64,000 bases of DNA from Utricularia gibba (taxonomy: Eukaryota > Plantae > Magnoliophyta), in the NCBI GenBank assembly GCA_002189035.1, contig NEEC01000011.1:2294001-2358000 (forward strand), written 5' to 3'. Below, piece after piece: positions 52,563 through 64,000 of this stretch; position 1 is the first letter of the stretch, and the number at the start of each line of letters is the position of its first letter. A program made the position numbers and the translations under genes. The notes under the pieces were generated by a model. The model made no database searches and was not told the DNA's origin. It saw only the letters and a list, made by a program, of their open reading frames with translations.

Positions 52563-53300
52563 ACAGTGCTGCTGCTGCTTCAGAGCTCTGTTTGGTTCTG
52601 CTTCTGTGCTTTTCTCCCTTCATATGACTGACACACACCTCTGTCTGTTCAGCAGCGATCATCTTTTTCTACATAGTTTCTGCAGCGTCATCCTTTTAGC
52701 ATCAGAGGCTTTTCCTGGTTCTGAAAGGATAAAACTGAGGTGATCAAAAGACACAGTGCCTGCGCTACTGTTCAACATGATATCATTTTCTATGTAGTTT
52801 GTGCAGAACCATCCTTTTAGCACCAGAGGCCTTTCCTGGTTTTGAAAGGATAAAACTTAGGTGATCATCCGAGACGGTTAACAGTGCCTGCGCTGCTGTT
52901 CAACATGATCATCATTTTCTCTGTAGTTACTGCAGCACCATCCTTTTAGCATTAGAGGCTTTTCCTGGTACTGAAAGGATAAAACTGAGGTGATCAAAAG
53001 ACACAGTGCCTGCGCTGCTGTTCAACATGATCATCATTTTCTCCGCAGTTACTGCAGCACCAGCCTTTTAGCACCAGAGGCTTTTCCTGGTTTTGAATAG
53101 ATAAAACTGAGGTGATCAACCGAGAGAGTTGCCTGTGCTACTATGCTCTGGTGTTTGGTTCTGCTTCTGTGGGTTCCTACCTTCATAGAAGCGACCATAC
53201 CTCTGTCTGTTCAACATGATCATCGTTTTCTATATAGTTTCTTCAGCATCCTTTTAGCATCTGTGGCTTTTCCTGGTTTTGAAAGGATAAAACTGAGGTG
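52563..53300. repeat. Tandem array of about 121-129 bp units homologous to the PPR gene's last ~27 codons and stop codon
   Basis: The anchor AAAACT(G/T)AGGTG occurs at 52731, 52852, 52981, 53103 and 53289, the last inside the PPR CDS. Flank 52585-52650 also matches 53150-53212. Confidence 0.92.
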
Positions 53301-56300
53301 GTCTATTGTAGTTTCACATGGGGCGAAGCCCCTGTCACTCATCTCTTTGAATGCCTTTCTTGCCTCTCCCAGACACAGTCCCTTCATCGAACTTTCCTGG
53401 TACGATAACTTGCACCAACCAGTTATCAAAATGTCGTACGTTGCTGCGTTTGGGGGCACCCCTCTTGCTTGCATTTCATTCAGAAGCTCCATTGCATGTT
53501 TCATCTTTCCCAACGTGGCAAAGCCATTGATAAGCACATTATAAGTGCTGACTCTAGGGACAAAGCCTTTTGTTATCATTTCACAGTATAGCATCATGGA
53601 CTCCCTTATGTTACCAATCTTTCCATGGCCAGCAACCAAAATGTCGAATGTCGTAGCATCTGGAATGAGATTGGATTCTTTCATTTCAGAAAGGAGTTTG
53701 GCTGCCTTTTCCATCATCCCGGAGCCTGCAGAAGCTCCTATCAGAATGTTATATGTCGCAATGTTAGGAGAGACCCCATTGGATACCATCTGAGAGTGCA
53801 AAGCGAAGGCCTTGTCTATATGAGAGGTTTTGCAATATCCTTGGATAAGAGAGTTGTAGGTGACAGTATCTGCAGAAAATCCAGCTTCCCTCATCGTCTT
53901 GAATACGGATGATGCTTTCCTGGTCAGCTTACTGCGACACAAGACATTGATTAGATTGTTGTATACCTCAAGGTTCAACTCAAGCCCTTTCTCTAAGAGC
54001 TTATTGTGCAGCACGAAGATGTTATCAGTGTTTTTACTCTTTGCAGCAGCATTAAGTACATGTTTGTGAATAGCTGCGTTGGGAAGAAAGCCTGGAGCAG
54101 AACTCAACAAATCTATCACTTTATCAACCTGGCCTGAGTCACAAAGCCTTGCCACTAAAAGACTATGGGTTGCCTGTTTAGGCCTTAACCCGTGGTTTTC
54201 CATCTCATCCAGGAGTCGAATTGCATCATCAAAATTTCCTTGACTGCAATATGCACTGATTAAGGTGTTAAAAGTAGCATGATCAGGTTGTAATCCGACC
54301 TGCTTCAAACTACCATAAACTGATAGCACGTCGTAGTTGCCAACTCTAAGCAATCCATGGAGAATAACATTATGCATGGTAGTATCAAAGTCAATATCTC
54401 TGGCTTTGATCTCCTGAGCTACTTCTAAAGCAGATGACTCCTCACCAGCTTTGAATAGTCCATCCATCAGGGATGTGTAGTTAACACGATCAGGAACCAC
54501 TCCACAGGAGACCGAATCATGGAAAAGTGCAACTGCCTCAGCCATCCTCCCGTCTTTCTTAAGATAATTCAGAAACGCATCTAATGCAAAGTTGCAATCA
54601 TGCAATCCTCGTGCTTTCATATCCTTGTATAGAGACTCTGCGGCATTTCTTTTACCAGCTTTAAGAAATCCATCTATAATAGAAGCATAGGTGAATGGAG
54701 TTGGTAACATATCACCACTAATCATCTTCTCCATTAAACCAGTTGCTGCTTCCAGCATGCCCTTTTTCACATAGCCATTTATGACTAAAGAATAAATTAA
54801 TTCATCAGGAGGAACATTTTTCTCCTGCATTTGCTTGAGTACAGATTCCACACTTTTCATATCACCTACTCTGCAAAGACCATCGATTATCACAGAATAT
54901 GTCATGCGATTTGGCACAATATTTGAGGTCAATAATTTCTGAAAAATATCCTCAGCTTCTTTACTTTTCCCGAGCTTATAGAGACCATGAATAAATATGG
55001 TAAACACCACCACATCAAAATGAATTCCGCGAACAATCATTTGACTCTGCAAGTTAAACGCACTATCCGCAATACAAGCCTTGAAGAAAAAATCAAGGAA
55101 GCTTGAGTAAGTAATATGATTTGGGTCCATGCCTGTTTTCCCCATCTCCTGGAAGATACATCGAGCCTCATACAAATTCCCCCTCTTAAGGAGTCCATTC
55201 ACAACACAACTAAGTGTTACAACATCAGGTATAATTCCAAGTTCAATCATTTGACTATAGAAAGATAGCGCTCTTTCAGTCTGACGATGTTTGATATATC
55301 CATTGATCAATGAAGTATAGGTAATTGCATTTACACATGGATTCTCCCTGGCAACGGTACATTGATTTTCCTCATTGTCCCTAATTAATGAATTGCTATC
55401 CAAGAGTTTATCCACAAGCCTCCTTGCACCTTCAAAATCCCCCAATTCACATAAGCCATTGATCAAAGTGTTATATGTAACAATGTCAGCATGCACCCCC
55501 TCTTCCAACATACTCTCCATCAACTGAAAACCAGTACCAATTTCACCAATTCTGCAGTACCCATGTATCATGGTATTAAAGCTGACAACATCAACCAAAA
55601 TCTTTCCATCCTGAATACCTTTATTACAGAACATGTCACGGATCAAAGTAGCATTTTCTAACATACCCTGTTCACAGAATCCCTTGATTAATGTATTGCA
55701 AGTGAAACTATCACAAGGTTCACCCCTTTTAACCATCTCTGAGACCAACGCAACACCCAATTCGACACACCCATGCTTACAGAAACCCCATATAACAGTA
55801 TTATAAGTCACCCCATCACTCTCAAATCTATGCCTGTCATTTTCTCTCAGCAAATCAAGGGCGCCACAAAGGTTTCCAACTTTACACAAGGAATGAACTA
55901 CTATGTTCTTGCTAAATATATCGGGTTCTATAGTTGAGAGGATCATTTCATGATATACGACCATTACCTGATCGACCATACCTGTGGAGTTGAAATCATA
56001 CAACAGCTCATTCCAGGCACGTAACGCCGGTGTAAACTTGTACTCCCTCATCACGGAGAAAGCAACCACAGCTCTTGTGAGGCGGCGGCATCTGAGGAAG
56101 AGGTGAATCAAAGTGCAGAAAAGTGAAGAATATAATTGGTCGTCTCTCTGAATGTGCGATGTTGAGAAGAAGGAAGAAAATCGAACTCTTGGGTTGCGGC
56201 GCATCTGTAAGCGACCTTGCAAGACCCTCATCTTTTTGCCATTTGCAGCGAATATCACCCTGGGGAGCAGCAAAGAAGCCCTAACCACAGGATTATCCAT
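53220..56300 (-). CDS. P-class pentatricopeptide repeat protein (At5g14770-like), intronless, 1026 aa
   Basis: Many 35-aa repeats (VTYNTVIWGFCK, VSFNTMIHGYCR, VTYNSLIQGYCK, STYNVLINGFA). Arg-rich N-terminus looks like a mitochondrial presequence. Confidence 0.93.
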   Translation of the reverse strand: MDNPVVRASLLLPRVIFAANGKKMRVLQGRLQMRRNPRVRFSSFFSTSHIQRDDQLYSSLFCTLIHLFLRCRRLTRAVVAFSVMREYKFTPALRAWNELLYDFNSTGMVDQVMVVYHEMILSTIEPDIFSKNIVVHSLCKVGNLCGALDLLRENDRHRFESDGVTYNTVIWGFCKHGCVELGVALVSEMVKRGEPCDSFTCNTLIKGFCEQGMLENATLIRDMFCNKGIQDGKILVDVVSFNTMIHGYCRIGEIGTGFQLMESMLEEGVHADIVTYNTLINGLCELGDFEGARRLVDKLLDSNSLIRDNEENQCTVARENPCVNAITYTSLINGYIKHRQTERALSFYSQMIELGIIPDVVTLSCVVNGLLKRGNLYEARCIFQEMGKTGMDPNHITYSSFLDFFFKACIADSAFNLQSQMIVRGIHFDVVVFTIFIHGLYKLGKSKEAEDIFQKLLTSNIVPNRMTYSVIIDGLCRVGDMKSVESVLKQMQEKNVPPDELIYSLVINGYVKKGMLEAATGLMEKMISGDMLPTPFTYASIIDGFLKAGKRNAAESLYKDMKARGLHDCNFALDAFLNYLKKDGRMAEAVALFHDSVSCGVVPDRVNYTSLMDGLFKAGEESSALEVAQEIKARDIDFDTTMHNVILHGLLRVGNYDVLSVYGSLKQVGLQPDHATFNTLISAYCSQGNFDDAIRLLDEMENHGLRPKQATHSLLVARLCDSGQVDKVIDLLSSAPGFLPNAAIHKHVLNAAAKSKNTDNIFVLHNKLLEKGLELNLEVYNNLINVLCRSKLTRKASSVFKTMREAGFSADTVTYNSLIQGYCKTSHIDKAFALHSQMVSNGVSPNIATYNILIGASAGSGMMEKAAKLLSEMKESNLIPDATTFDILVAGHGKIGNIRESMMLYCEMITKGFVPRVSTYNVLINGFATLGKMKHAMELLNEMQARGVPPNAATYDILITGWCKLSYQESSMKGLCLGEARKAFKEMSDRGFAPCETTIDHLSFILSKPGKATDAKRMLKKLYRKR

Positions 56301-56913
56301 TGCTGCGACCTGATTGCTAACCTACACCAGCATGCATACTCAGCACCATCCCTAGATTCAACACCACTGATACATTAACAATTCAGCAATGCTAAACGGA
56401 ACATCGAACTACACCTTATCAAGACTGGTGTTTGACCTACGTCGCAGGGCATCTGGTAATCTGTGTGCTCAAAATAATGGAACACCTAGTCGTATCCCTT
56501 AATCCTCAAGCAATTGGACGTTTTGTCCTCGCCTGAATTCCCTTATTGTCCATACAAAAAAAATGTGAAGCGTTTCGAAGCTTAGAAGATCAACATTAGA
56601 GCAACAGTACAATTAAACAGAACTCCTTTCCGGCGAAAAGTCGAAACCGATCGAGCTCGAGAAGGCGGAGGAGAAATAACAATTATCACCGCCGGCGGCC
56701 CATGAGCCACTACGGAGTACGAATAAGCCCAAGGGCTTTATCCCTTTCAATAATCCGGGCTCGTGTTAACGCAATGGGGAGGGAGTCCGACCATCAGAAA
56801 GAGAACACGTGTCCATCTGTTCAAGATGCGGTTGTAACCAGACAACAAAGAAACTGCCTACTGAGAATTTATCCTTCCTGTCATAAGATTCAGGAAGCGA
56901 ATTCCGACAATCT

Positions 56914-58761
56914 TCAAGAGCTTTTCCCATCCTCGTTTGAAGGAGGTTCGATACAGCTCCTCTTTGTTGAGACAGATTCTGTGTTTGAGGTAATCACGAC
57001 TCTTTTGACTCCTCGTCCAACAACGCCAAGATGTGTCACCCCAGAAGTTCCATTTGTTTGACTAGAAGTGGTAGAGAGGTTACTTCCGCTAGCTCCAGCA
57101 GCATTTGTGTCTGTTGGTGGCATGGCTACTGAGGGAGGAGCATCATCTTTCTCAGCACCTCTAGCCTTTGCAGACATGATTCCGAGGATATCAGAAAGGA
57201 TGGATTTTGGGTTGGACACGAGCTGCTGAAGATCTTCAAGCTGCATGAGAGAAGAACAAGCTGTTACTTGTTGGTATCTATTCAAATCTCTTGAAGCTTT
57301 AATGCAGTGTCATTACCTTCTTTTCCAGTTCATCACAGAGACCATTCAAAGTTTGTATCTCAGCATCTGTGTCGCTGGGGGAAGGATTTAGAGCTGAAGA
57401 ACTTAAGCATGATTCTAGAGTTCTTCCTGTTCCTTCACTTACCTTTTCAGTTGATGCCTCTAAAGGCCCTGAATTGTTCTTCACTTCGGTCATGAGTCTC
57501 TGCACTCTAGATTTGCACACAGAGATGGCCTTTTGACAGTAAGGTATAGCTTCTTCCGGCTTACAGCCAATTTCCAGGCACAAGCATATACGGAAATTCC
57601 TGAAGTCTAATGTTAAGGAAGCTACAGGTAGACATTTGCCTAAGGAATCATTCAGTGACTACAATGAAAATCAAAGAATAAACAAAGAAGAGAGGATACA
57701 GTTCAGCTATACGGCGATTGTCAGGCTCAACCAAGTTCTCCAAAATTGACAGAGCTTTCAGGTAATCACTCAGAGAAGTTTCAACATCCTCTGGGTATAA
57801 GAAAGAAAGTTTCAACCTTCTAGGTGGATATGAACTGAAATACAGTAATCAGGCAAAAAATTATAAACTGACCTCTTTCTAGAGCAACTTCAGCTAAAGC
57901 TGACAAAATATCCACCCTTTCTATTGTATCACGCGAATGCTTCTCAACAATTGCTCGAGCAACGTCTAGCATTTTCCATGCTAAATCAAGATCTGGTTCA
58001 TCCTCATAGTCATCAGCAACATCTTCTTCATCGTTTTCATCTTGGTCATCTTCAGCATTAGCTTCTACTGCTGAAATCAAGTACAACAAAATTGACTCAT
58101 AACAGGTGAAGAACCTGCCACATGCATAATAAGTTAAAAAAAATCTCTTACAAGGAGTGTCTATGGAGGACGGTGCATTTCCACATGGTTCCGCAACAGT
58201 CACAGCACAAGATTCGTCAGCTGCGTTTCTCTTGGTCGTAGAATCGTTAATGGAGTCATCTTGGGAAGGGTCATCCTTTTTGGGCATGGAAACAAGTGGA
58301 TCAGCCTCAGCTTGTGCTTTGCGAAGTAGAGCACATCCATATTTGTAGTACGCACTGACGCAATGAGGCGAAAGTTCTCCAAATTGTGAAACCCTATCCT
58401 CCAATTCCACAAGAACCAAAACTTAATTTTGAGAAAAGATCACACTGGCGACCATACTACACGGACACGAAGGAACTACAGAACAACATTACCTTATCTC
58501 CAAGGCACGGCTATAGCAGTCCGCGGCCTCGGCATAATCCCCCTCTTCCGCAGCTGTAGAGCCATTTTCCATCAACAAATCCGCGTCTCCCAAGTGCTCC
58601 TCTCCCACAAATCCGGACGTTACTACAGAGGAGCTCTCCGCATTGTTGGAGAACTCACCGGTTACTCCAGAAACGGCGCGATTAATAGTGGCTTCGACGG
58701 AATCAGGCTCATGCCTGGAGGAGGACCCTCCGACACCGGAGTCCGATTCTTGTTCCGCCAT
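56914..58761 (-). CDS. NASP: NASP / SHNi-TPR histone H3 chaperone, multi-exon
   Basis: GDYAEAADCYSRALEIR|VSQFGELSPHCVSAYYKYGCALL, DLDLAWKMLDVARAI, TSLSDYLKALSIL and VTHLGVVGRGVKR motifs. Confidence 0.9.
57600..57699 (-). other. U12-type (minor spliceosome) GT-AG intron in NASP
   Basis: 5' site GTATCCTCT at 57699, branch TTCCTTAAC at 57620-57612, AG at 57601-57600. Removal restores ...RIAEL|NFRICLCL. Confidence 0.85.
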
Positions 58762-58966
58762 CAAGAATGCTACAGTGGAGTCGTCAGTTCCCCCACCCCC
58801 CTCTATTATATAATGAATTCAAACGCCCAAGCGCAATTATAATTAGGCATAATGCAACGGAAGCATGATAATTAGAGAGAGTAACAACACATGTCATTTA
58901 TTAGAGAAAAGGTGACCAGTGATTCCTCGTGATTAGTCAGCCAGCAGAATACAGAGTGCTCAGGGA

Positions 58967-61900
58967 CTAGAGAGGGACTTGCCCGCCTTCGATATTCCAA
59001 CCGTCGAGCATCACACGAGGCTTGGTTCCTGCAGGAGCCTCGAACTCCAAACGCAGATCCAGCACTTCACCAGGGGCGAGGGAAAAGTAGTTATCAGAGT
59101 AGTGAACAGGCAGGATTCGAGTGTCAACACTTGTTTCTTGATCTTTAGTAGAATCATGGACGGATAAATGGAGGAAGAAGGCCACCCCTTTTCCGGTACC
59201 ATTCATCTCAGAAGTCCTGGTGTTAGTATTAAGCAGTGAGGTGTGGGCGCCTTCCCCATCAGCCAAACACTTGGGAGCTCCTGAATCTGCTCTGCCAAGA
59301 CAAGAAATGGTCTTAGCTGATATGATACTGTTGTGGAGAAGCGGACCTGGTGAAGTCACATTTTTGGACTTGTTCTCTATCTGCAACTTGATCTCATAGG
59401 AGCTTCCGGTTACTCTGGTCTGAGAAGTGATTCCCAGGGAAATTTTGTTCTGTCTGTACGGTTCCAACAGCTTGTAGTCACCACCAGGTAGATGTAACCA
59501 ATACAAGTTCCTTGAGAGTATGGAGTAATCCTTGATGTTGTAGAGTTTGAGAAGAAGAAAGTAAACTTGCTCCGGATTTATTGACTTCGGATACTGCATC
59601 TCAAAGGTGGACAATGCTGTCTTCGATGGAACAGTGAGATTGTTGAAGACATAGTGGTAGGGACAACCTCCTTCGAGATCCCAAACGGATGCTTCTATAG
59701 CCACATCAGAGAGCTCAACGTTTGTGGTATTTACTACCTACAGAAATACTCTTGAATTAGATGATGCGCACAGGGGAAAAACCAAGTGCAGATGAGGATG
59801 AGATGAGCCATATCTGCAGAACAAGTTTACCTCAACAAAAAACGTTGCTAGATTTAGCTGGACGTGGATTGGTTCTGCAGCGCAACGGCAACCATAGAAG
59901 CCGGCTGTTTGATTCAGGAGATGATCATAGAATTGGCCCCTTAAGCCTGTCCAGGGGTTCATGTTTTTCCAAATCAAAACTCCAGTGTACTTCTTCCACA
60001 TTCGGGAAGTCCACCCCTCCAGAAGAGCTCTATATTGGATATAGTTAGCCAGTTGAGCCTGGAATTCAAGATGTTTAAGGTGCTGTTTAAAAATATCATG
60101 AGAAGGCTTCATTCACTACAGAGGAAATTTGGATATACCTTGAGGCAGAAGTCATCAAGATCCCTTGGCATGCCATAAAGTAGAACATGATCCTGATTCT
60201 TATTTGAATATGGGATGTACTTGTGGTACGTCCATATGGGGTTGGGCACTTCCGTAAAGTTACCATCAGATACTTGAAACAGAGGAATGGTCCATCCCTC
60301 AGGAGGCATTGTGGCTCTTATAGTAGCTGCTACCGGCATTCCAACAGAACCGACTTCAGGATTGAACCCATAGGCATAGAAGTCATCCTTAAAGAAGTCT
60401 TCCGGAGTCTGAATCCCGTATGGACCATCGCTCCAATTCCCTTTCCCATCAGCAAAACCATCCCACATCGACCCTTCGATGTACACACGTGTACCATCCA
60501 AATACTGACTTGGGTCAATGGAGGCTTCTGTAGAGTCGTTAACCTCAGTAGAATTCTTGACAAGGGGACTCAGTTTCAGATACTCTTTTAATGCATCATT
60601 GAGATCCTTGGGTGGCACTTGCTCATTACCTCCAACCCAAAGGGTGAGACTCGGATGATTCCTTAGAAGCTTTATTGTGTCCCTAGCACATAGCAAGAAA
60701 AGTGCATGGTCCAGAGGGCCGTTCACATTGGATATAGGATCACCTCGTCCATCCACATCTCCGGTTATCCAGAACTCTTGCCACACCTACATGAACAATA
60801 ACTCTGGTTTTTAACAGTATTTGATACTTGAGGGATCCAGAGTCTACTGTGGTTGCTAGTTTCATCTACATGTCTTCCAGCAAGTATTTTGCTCTCATGT
60901 TACCGAGTATAGACACACAGGACTGCAGTAAGGAAAAAAAAATGGTTGAGATGAAAAAACTGACCAGAATACCGTAAATGTCACAGTAATGGTAGAATTC
61001 AGGCCTCTCAGAAATCCCACCACCCCAACAACGTATCATGTTAAAGTTCATATCAGCATGAAATCTGATGTCTGCTTTATATCGCTCCTTCGAAAGGCGC
61101 AACAATCCATCAGACACTATCCAGTTCCCTCCACGAATAAATATGCGCTCTCCATTAACCTTGAAGAGCCTGAAAACAATAGGAAAATGTCACTCGAGTT
61201 TCGCAGAGCAAACCATGCCCAGCAGCAGCTGAAATCAAATAATAGTACCTTCCACCTGTAGATGTATCGATGTGACTCTCGATGTTACGAAAGCCAAAAT
61301 GCTGAGACCAAGAATCAGACTCTCCATGGTCTTGCACGCTGATTGTGATTTCCACATTGTAAAGTGACTGCTTGCCCATTCCATTGGGCCACCAGAGATC
61401 CGGTTTATAAAAGAATATCTGAAATAATAAGATGTAGAATGAAAAACATTTTTGTTATGAGTACCATTACTGACGGTAAAACAATCCCACAGAGTAACAG
61501 TTTTAGTTGCAAATGGGATCTAAGAGACGTTTAAAACACCTGCCTTGGGAAATGTATACTGCACGCTTGAGGTAGCTGGAACTACCACTTCCTGTGTCTG
61601 AAGATGATTGATAAGGAACGTATCACCTTCAACCTCACGTCCCACTTGGATTTCTATTGAACAAGTGGCATCAGAACTCCCTTTGTTCTCCAAATCCAGA
61701 GTTGTGTAAAGATAAGACCTCTTGTAGTTATCAAGAAATGTACAGACTAAGTGAGGATCTACTATCCTCACTGGCTGTAAGAAGGTAAAATCGAGTATCA
61801 GTGGATAACAAGAAGCAAAATTGTAAAAATATGAAGAATATAGTTTCAGATCACAACTTACACCCGTAATACAAAGAGAAACCTCATCCCATATGCCAGT

Positions 61901-63292
61901 GTTCCTATCCCTGAAGAGGTAAAGAAAATATTTCAAGTGTTAAAAAAGATACAAATCAAAACCACACTTGAAAAGTAATAATCAACAAAAAACCGTGTGA
62001 TGACCTTATAGGTATCACCCAATCCCAACCTTCAACGTACTGTGTAGCAACATCCTTCCCAATCTGAAAGGGGCAGTGGGTTTAATGTAAAATAACTTCA
62101 GTAATCCACAAAAAGATTAGCAGTAAAACCTGCCCCAAACTAAGATCAGGATGAAATGATAGACAATATCACCTACTGGTGTTCCAAAATATGGACGAAA
62201 CCATTGAAAACCACAGAAACTTGTTGCCAACTAAAATTTTAAGGAGGATTTAATGAAAAGTATTACCTCATGATCACCACCTTGACCACCTTGAGGAGGA
62301 ATTTTTCCAGGATGATCAGGGGGATAAATCAGGACAGCTAGAAGATTTTCACCATCTGGATTTATAATGTCAGTCACATCAACAGAATGCCTTCGGAACA
62401 TACCCTTTGGCAGCAACTCTTTATGTCCATTTAAAAATATTTCACCGGAATAATTTATGGCACGAAAGTTGAGATATGCATGCTGGCCCCTCGACTGAGA
62501 ATCAGTAAAAGATAAATCATCATTGAGGATCAAGTTTGAGGTTGTGACTAAATGAGTTTTTTCTGAACACAAAGCTTGCTATCCTACGATCAATCTGCGT
62601 CTAAAATAAGCTTTCTTTTAACCGTCAATCGCCAGGAAATACAGGGAAAAGTCCAACTTGCACCATACTCGGGTATCAAAAATCAAATATTACTAGAGCT
62701 GTAAATGAGTAAGGAAATCACAAATAACATACACAAAATTGAGGCCTGGATCATGATAATAAAAAAAATTGGTGTTTTGTTTCCTGGTAGCTGCTCAAAG
62801 AGATACAGAAACAGAAGATGCAAAGCCCAAAAGCGAGAAAATACAAAGAATCTAGCATTCTGGAGAAGTTGTGATTAATCTACAATGTACCAGCTTGGAG
62901 TCGAATCTCCTGAAGAACCAGAAAGTATAATACTCCCTACCAGAATCTCCAATATCTAGAATTGCCTCGTTTTGCAAACCATAGAAGGGATCGGGTACTT
63001 GTTTGTTCTTCACAAGTGTTGCCAAAACCCTGGCCAACAAAATTAGGAAAATTGGTAGCTGAAATCCACAGAGTTAGGTGTTGCAAAACATATGTTTCAG
63101 TAAAGTAACCAAATGGGTAATTTATAACAGAGGCAGAAAAGGGCATTGCATCTACGTTCCGGGGATCACAGCCTCCATCCATGGCAGCTGAGCAGAAACA
63201 GGAGGTTGAGTCGTCGTGAGTTCAACTCCCGAAAAGCGAACTTCACTCCTGCGAGCCGCTAACCACCCTTGATCCAATACCATTTTCCCCAT
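58967..63292 (-). CDS. EBM: Mannosylglycoprotein endo-beta-mannosidase (GH2), 11 coding exons
   Basis: [14 protein letters not shown] start, [45 protein letters not shown] and [13 protein letters not shown] motifs. Exons join in frame if one GC donor is used. Confidence 0.94.
61419..61543 (-). other. GC-AG intron in the endo-beta-mannosidase gene
   Basis: CCCAAG|GCAGGT donor at 61543 joins TFPK to [13 protein letters not shown]. The nearby GT at 61539 would frameshift into a stop. Confidence 0.8.
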
Positions 63293-63703
63293 TCTTTTCT
63301 CCGTGGCAAAAAACAGCACGATCACTCAGACATCTCCAGCAGAAAAGCTTTCGTAAGTGTACCCAGAAAGCAAAAGATGGCAAAAGCAATGCTTTGTTGA
63401 CGGGACACCCGGGTCACACTTTGAGAAACCAAAATGCGATAAACAAATATGAAGCGAATGTCATCCGAGCATGCTCTGCGTCTAGGTCCTCCATAGGCTC
63501 TTAACTCGCTTCAATGCTGTTGCAATCTATCTGAAGCAGTCTTTATTTAGAGGTTGAAAATCCCATGGACAATCTACATGCGATAAGTGCATAGGCTTAA
63601 ATGTATCGATTCCCCCATCATTACATCCGCCCGAAAAACACCATAATGATAATCTTTCTAACCATCCTTCTTGACTGAAGGAAGTCAAATGAAACACTAC
63701 CGT

Positions 63704-63716
63704 TTTTATATGGGCC
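63704..63716 (-). promoter_or_regulatory. Site II plus TATA core promoter of the endo-beta-mannosidase gene
   Basis: Minus strand GGCCCA immediately followed by TATAAAA, about 410 bp upstream of the ATG. Confidence 0.5.
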
Positions 63717-64000
63717 TCCAAAGCCCGACCAAACCCCTTTTTGTCTGTCGTTTGGGTAGTTTGTAGCCTGGCTTTTGGATTCTCATCGGAAACCCAAAAC
63801 ATGCTGTAGCCCAATGAAAGGTGTTTCAATGGGGTGCTTGTTCTTTTCAACTGATTTCGTTGGCAAGATCGTTCATGAAATGAGTCGCCAATGCATTTTA
63901 ATGTCCAGGATGCTGGAATTCCTGCCTAGATTTTATGAAATCACTCAGCAATTCAAGCGTGATATCAATCAGCTTTCAGAGAACAAAGAAGACGCAAGAA

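Noticed and set aside
52563-53300. CRISPR-like appearance of the regularly spaced repeats
   Set aside because: Plant nuclear context, units about 120 bp without unique spacers, derived from the adjacent PPR CDS, and no cas genes.
63527-63850. 107-aa minus-strand ORF
   Set aside because: Spans the mannosidase TATA box and leader, with no recognisable motif.

Overview
Eukaryotic nuclear DNA from a flowering plant, most likely a eudicot. It is very gene-dense: I count 20 protein-coding genes in 64 kb, with mostly 60-130 nt GT-AG introns and short AT-rich spacers. That suggests a miniaturised genome; Lentibulariaceae would fit, but this is inference only. Gene order: PP2C clade D (5' end only), CGF/NiCoT-like plastid protein, DUF1279 protein, UPL3 HECT ligase, TOC132/120, IES6, mitochondrial ATP synthase subunit e, DCC1, PB1 protein, tandem CCCH zinc finger, two small proline-rich proteins, RECG, group-D MAPK (MPK17-like), divergent CBP60, RFI2-like RING ligase, RALF, PPR, NASP and endo-beta-mannosidase. 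I found no rRNA, tRNA, CRISPR array or intact transposon. Most unusual items: (1) a tandem array built from the PPR gene's own last codons and stop codon, lying between the PPR and RALF genes; (2) single-base frameshifts in otherwise intact RALF and CGF genes, either real alleles or assembly errors; (3) a U12-type intron in NASP and a GC-AG intron in the mannosidase; (4) a duplicated splice-acceptor+ATG module in the MAPK; (5) a G-quadruplex/hairpin element upstream of a proline-rich gene. All family assignments come from recalled motifs, not database searches.
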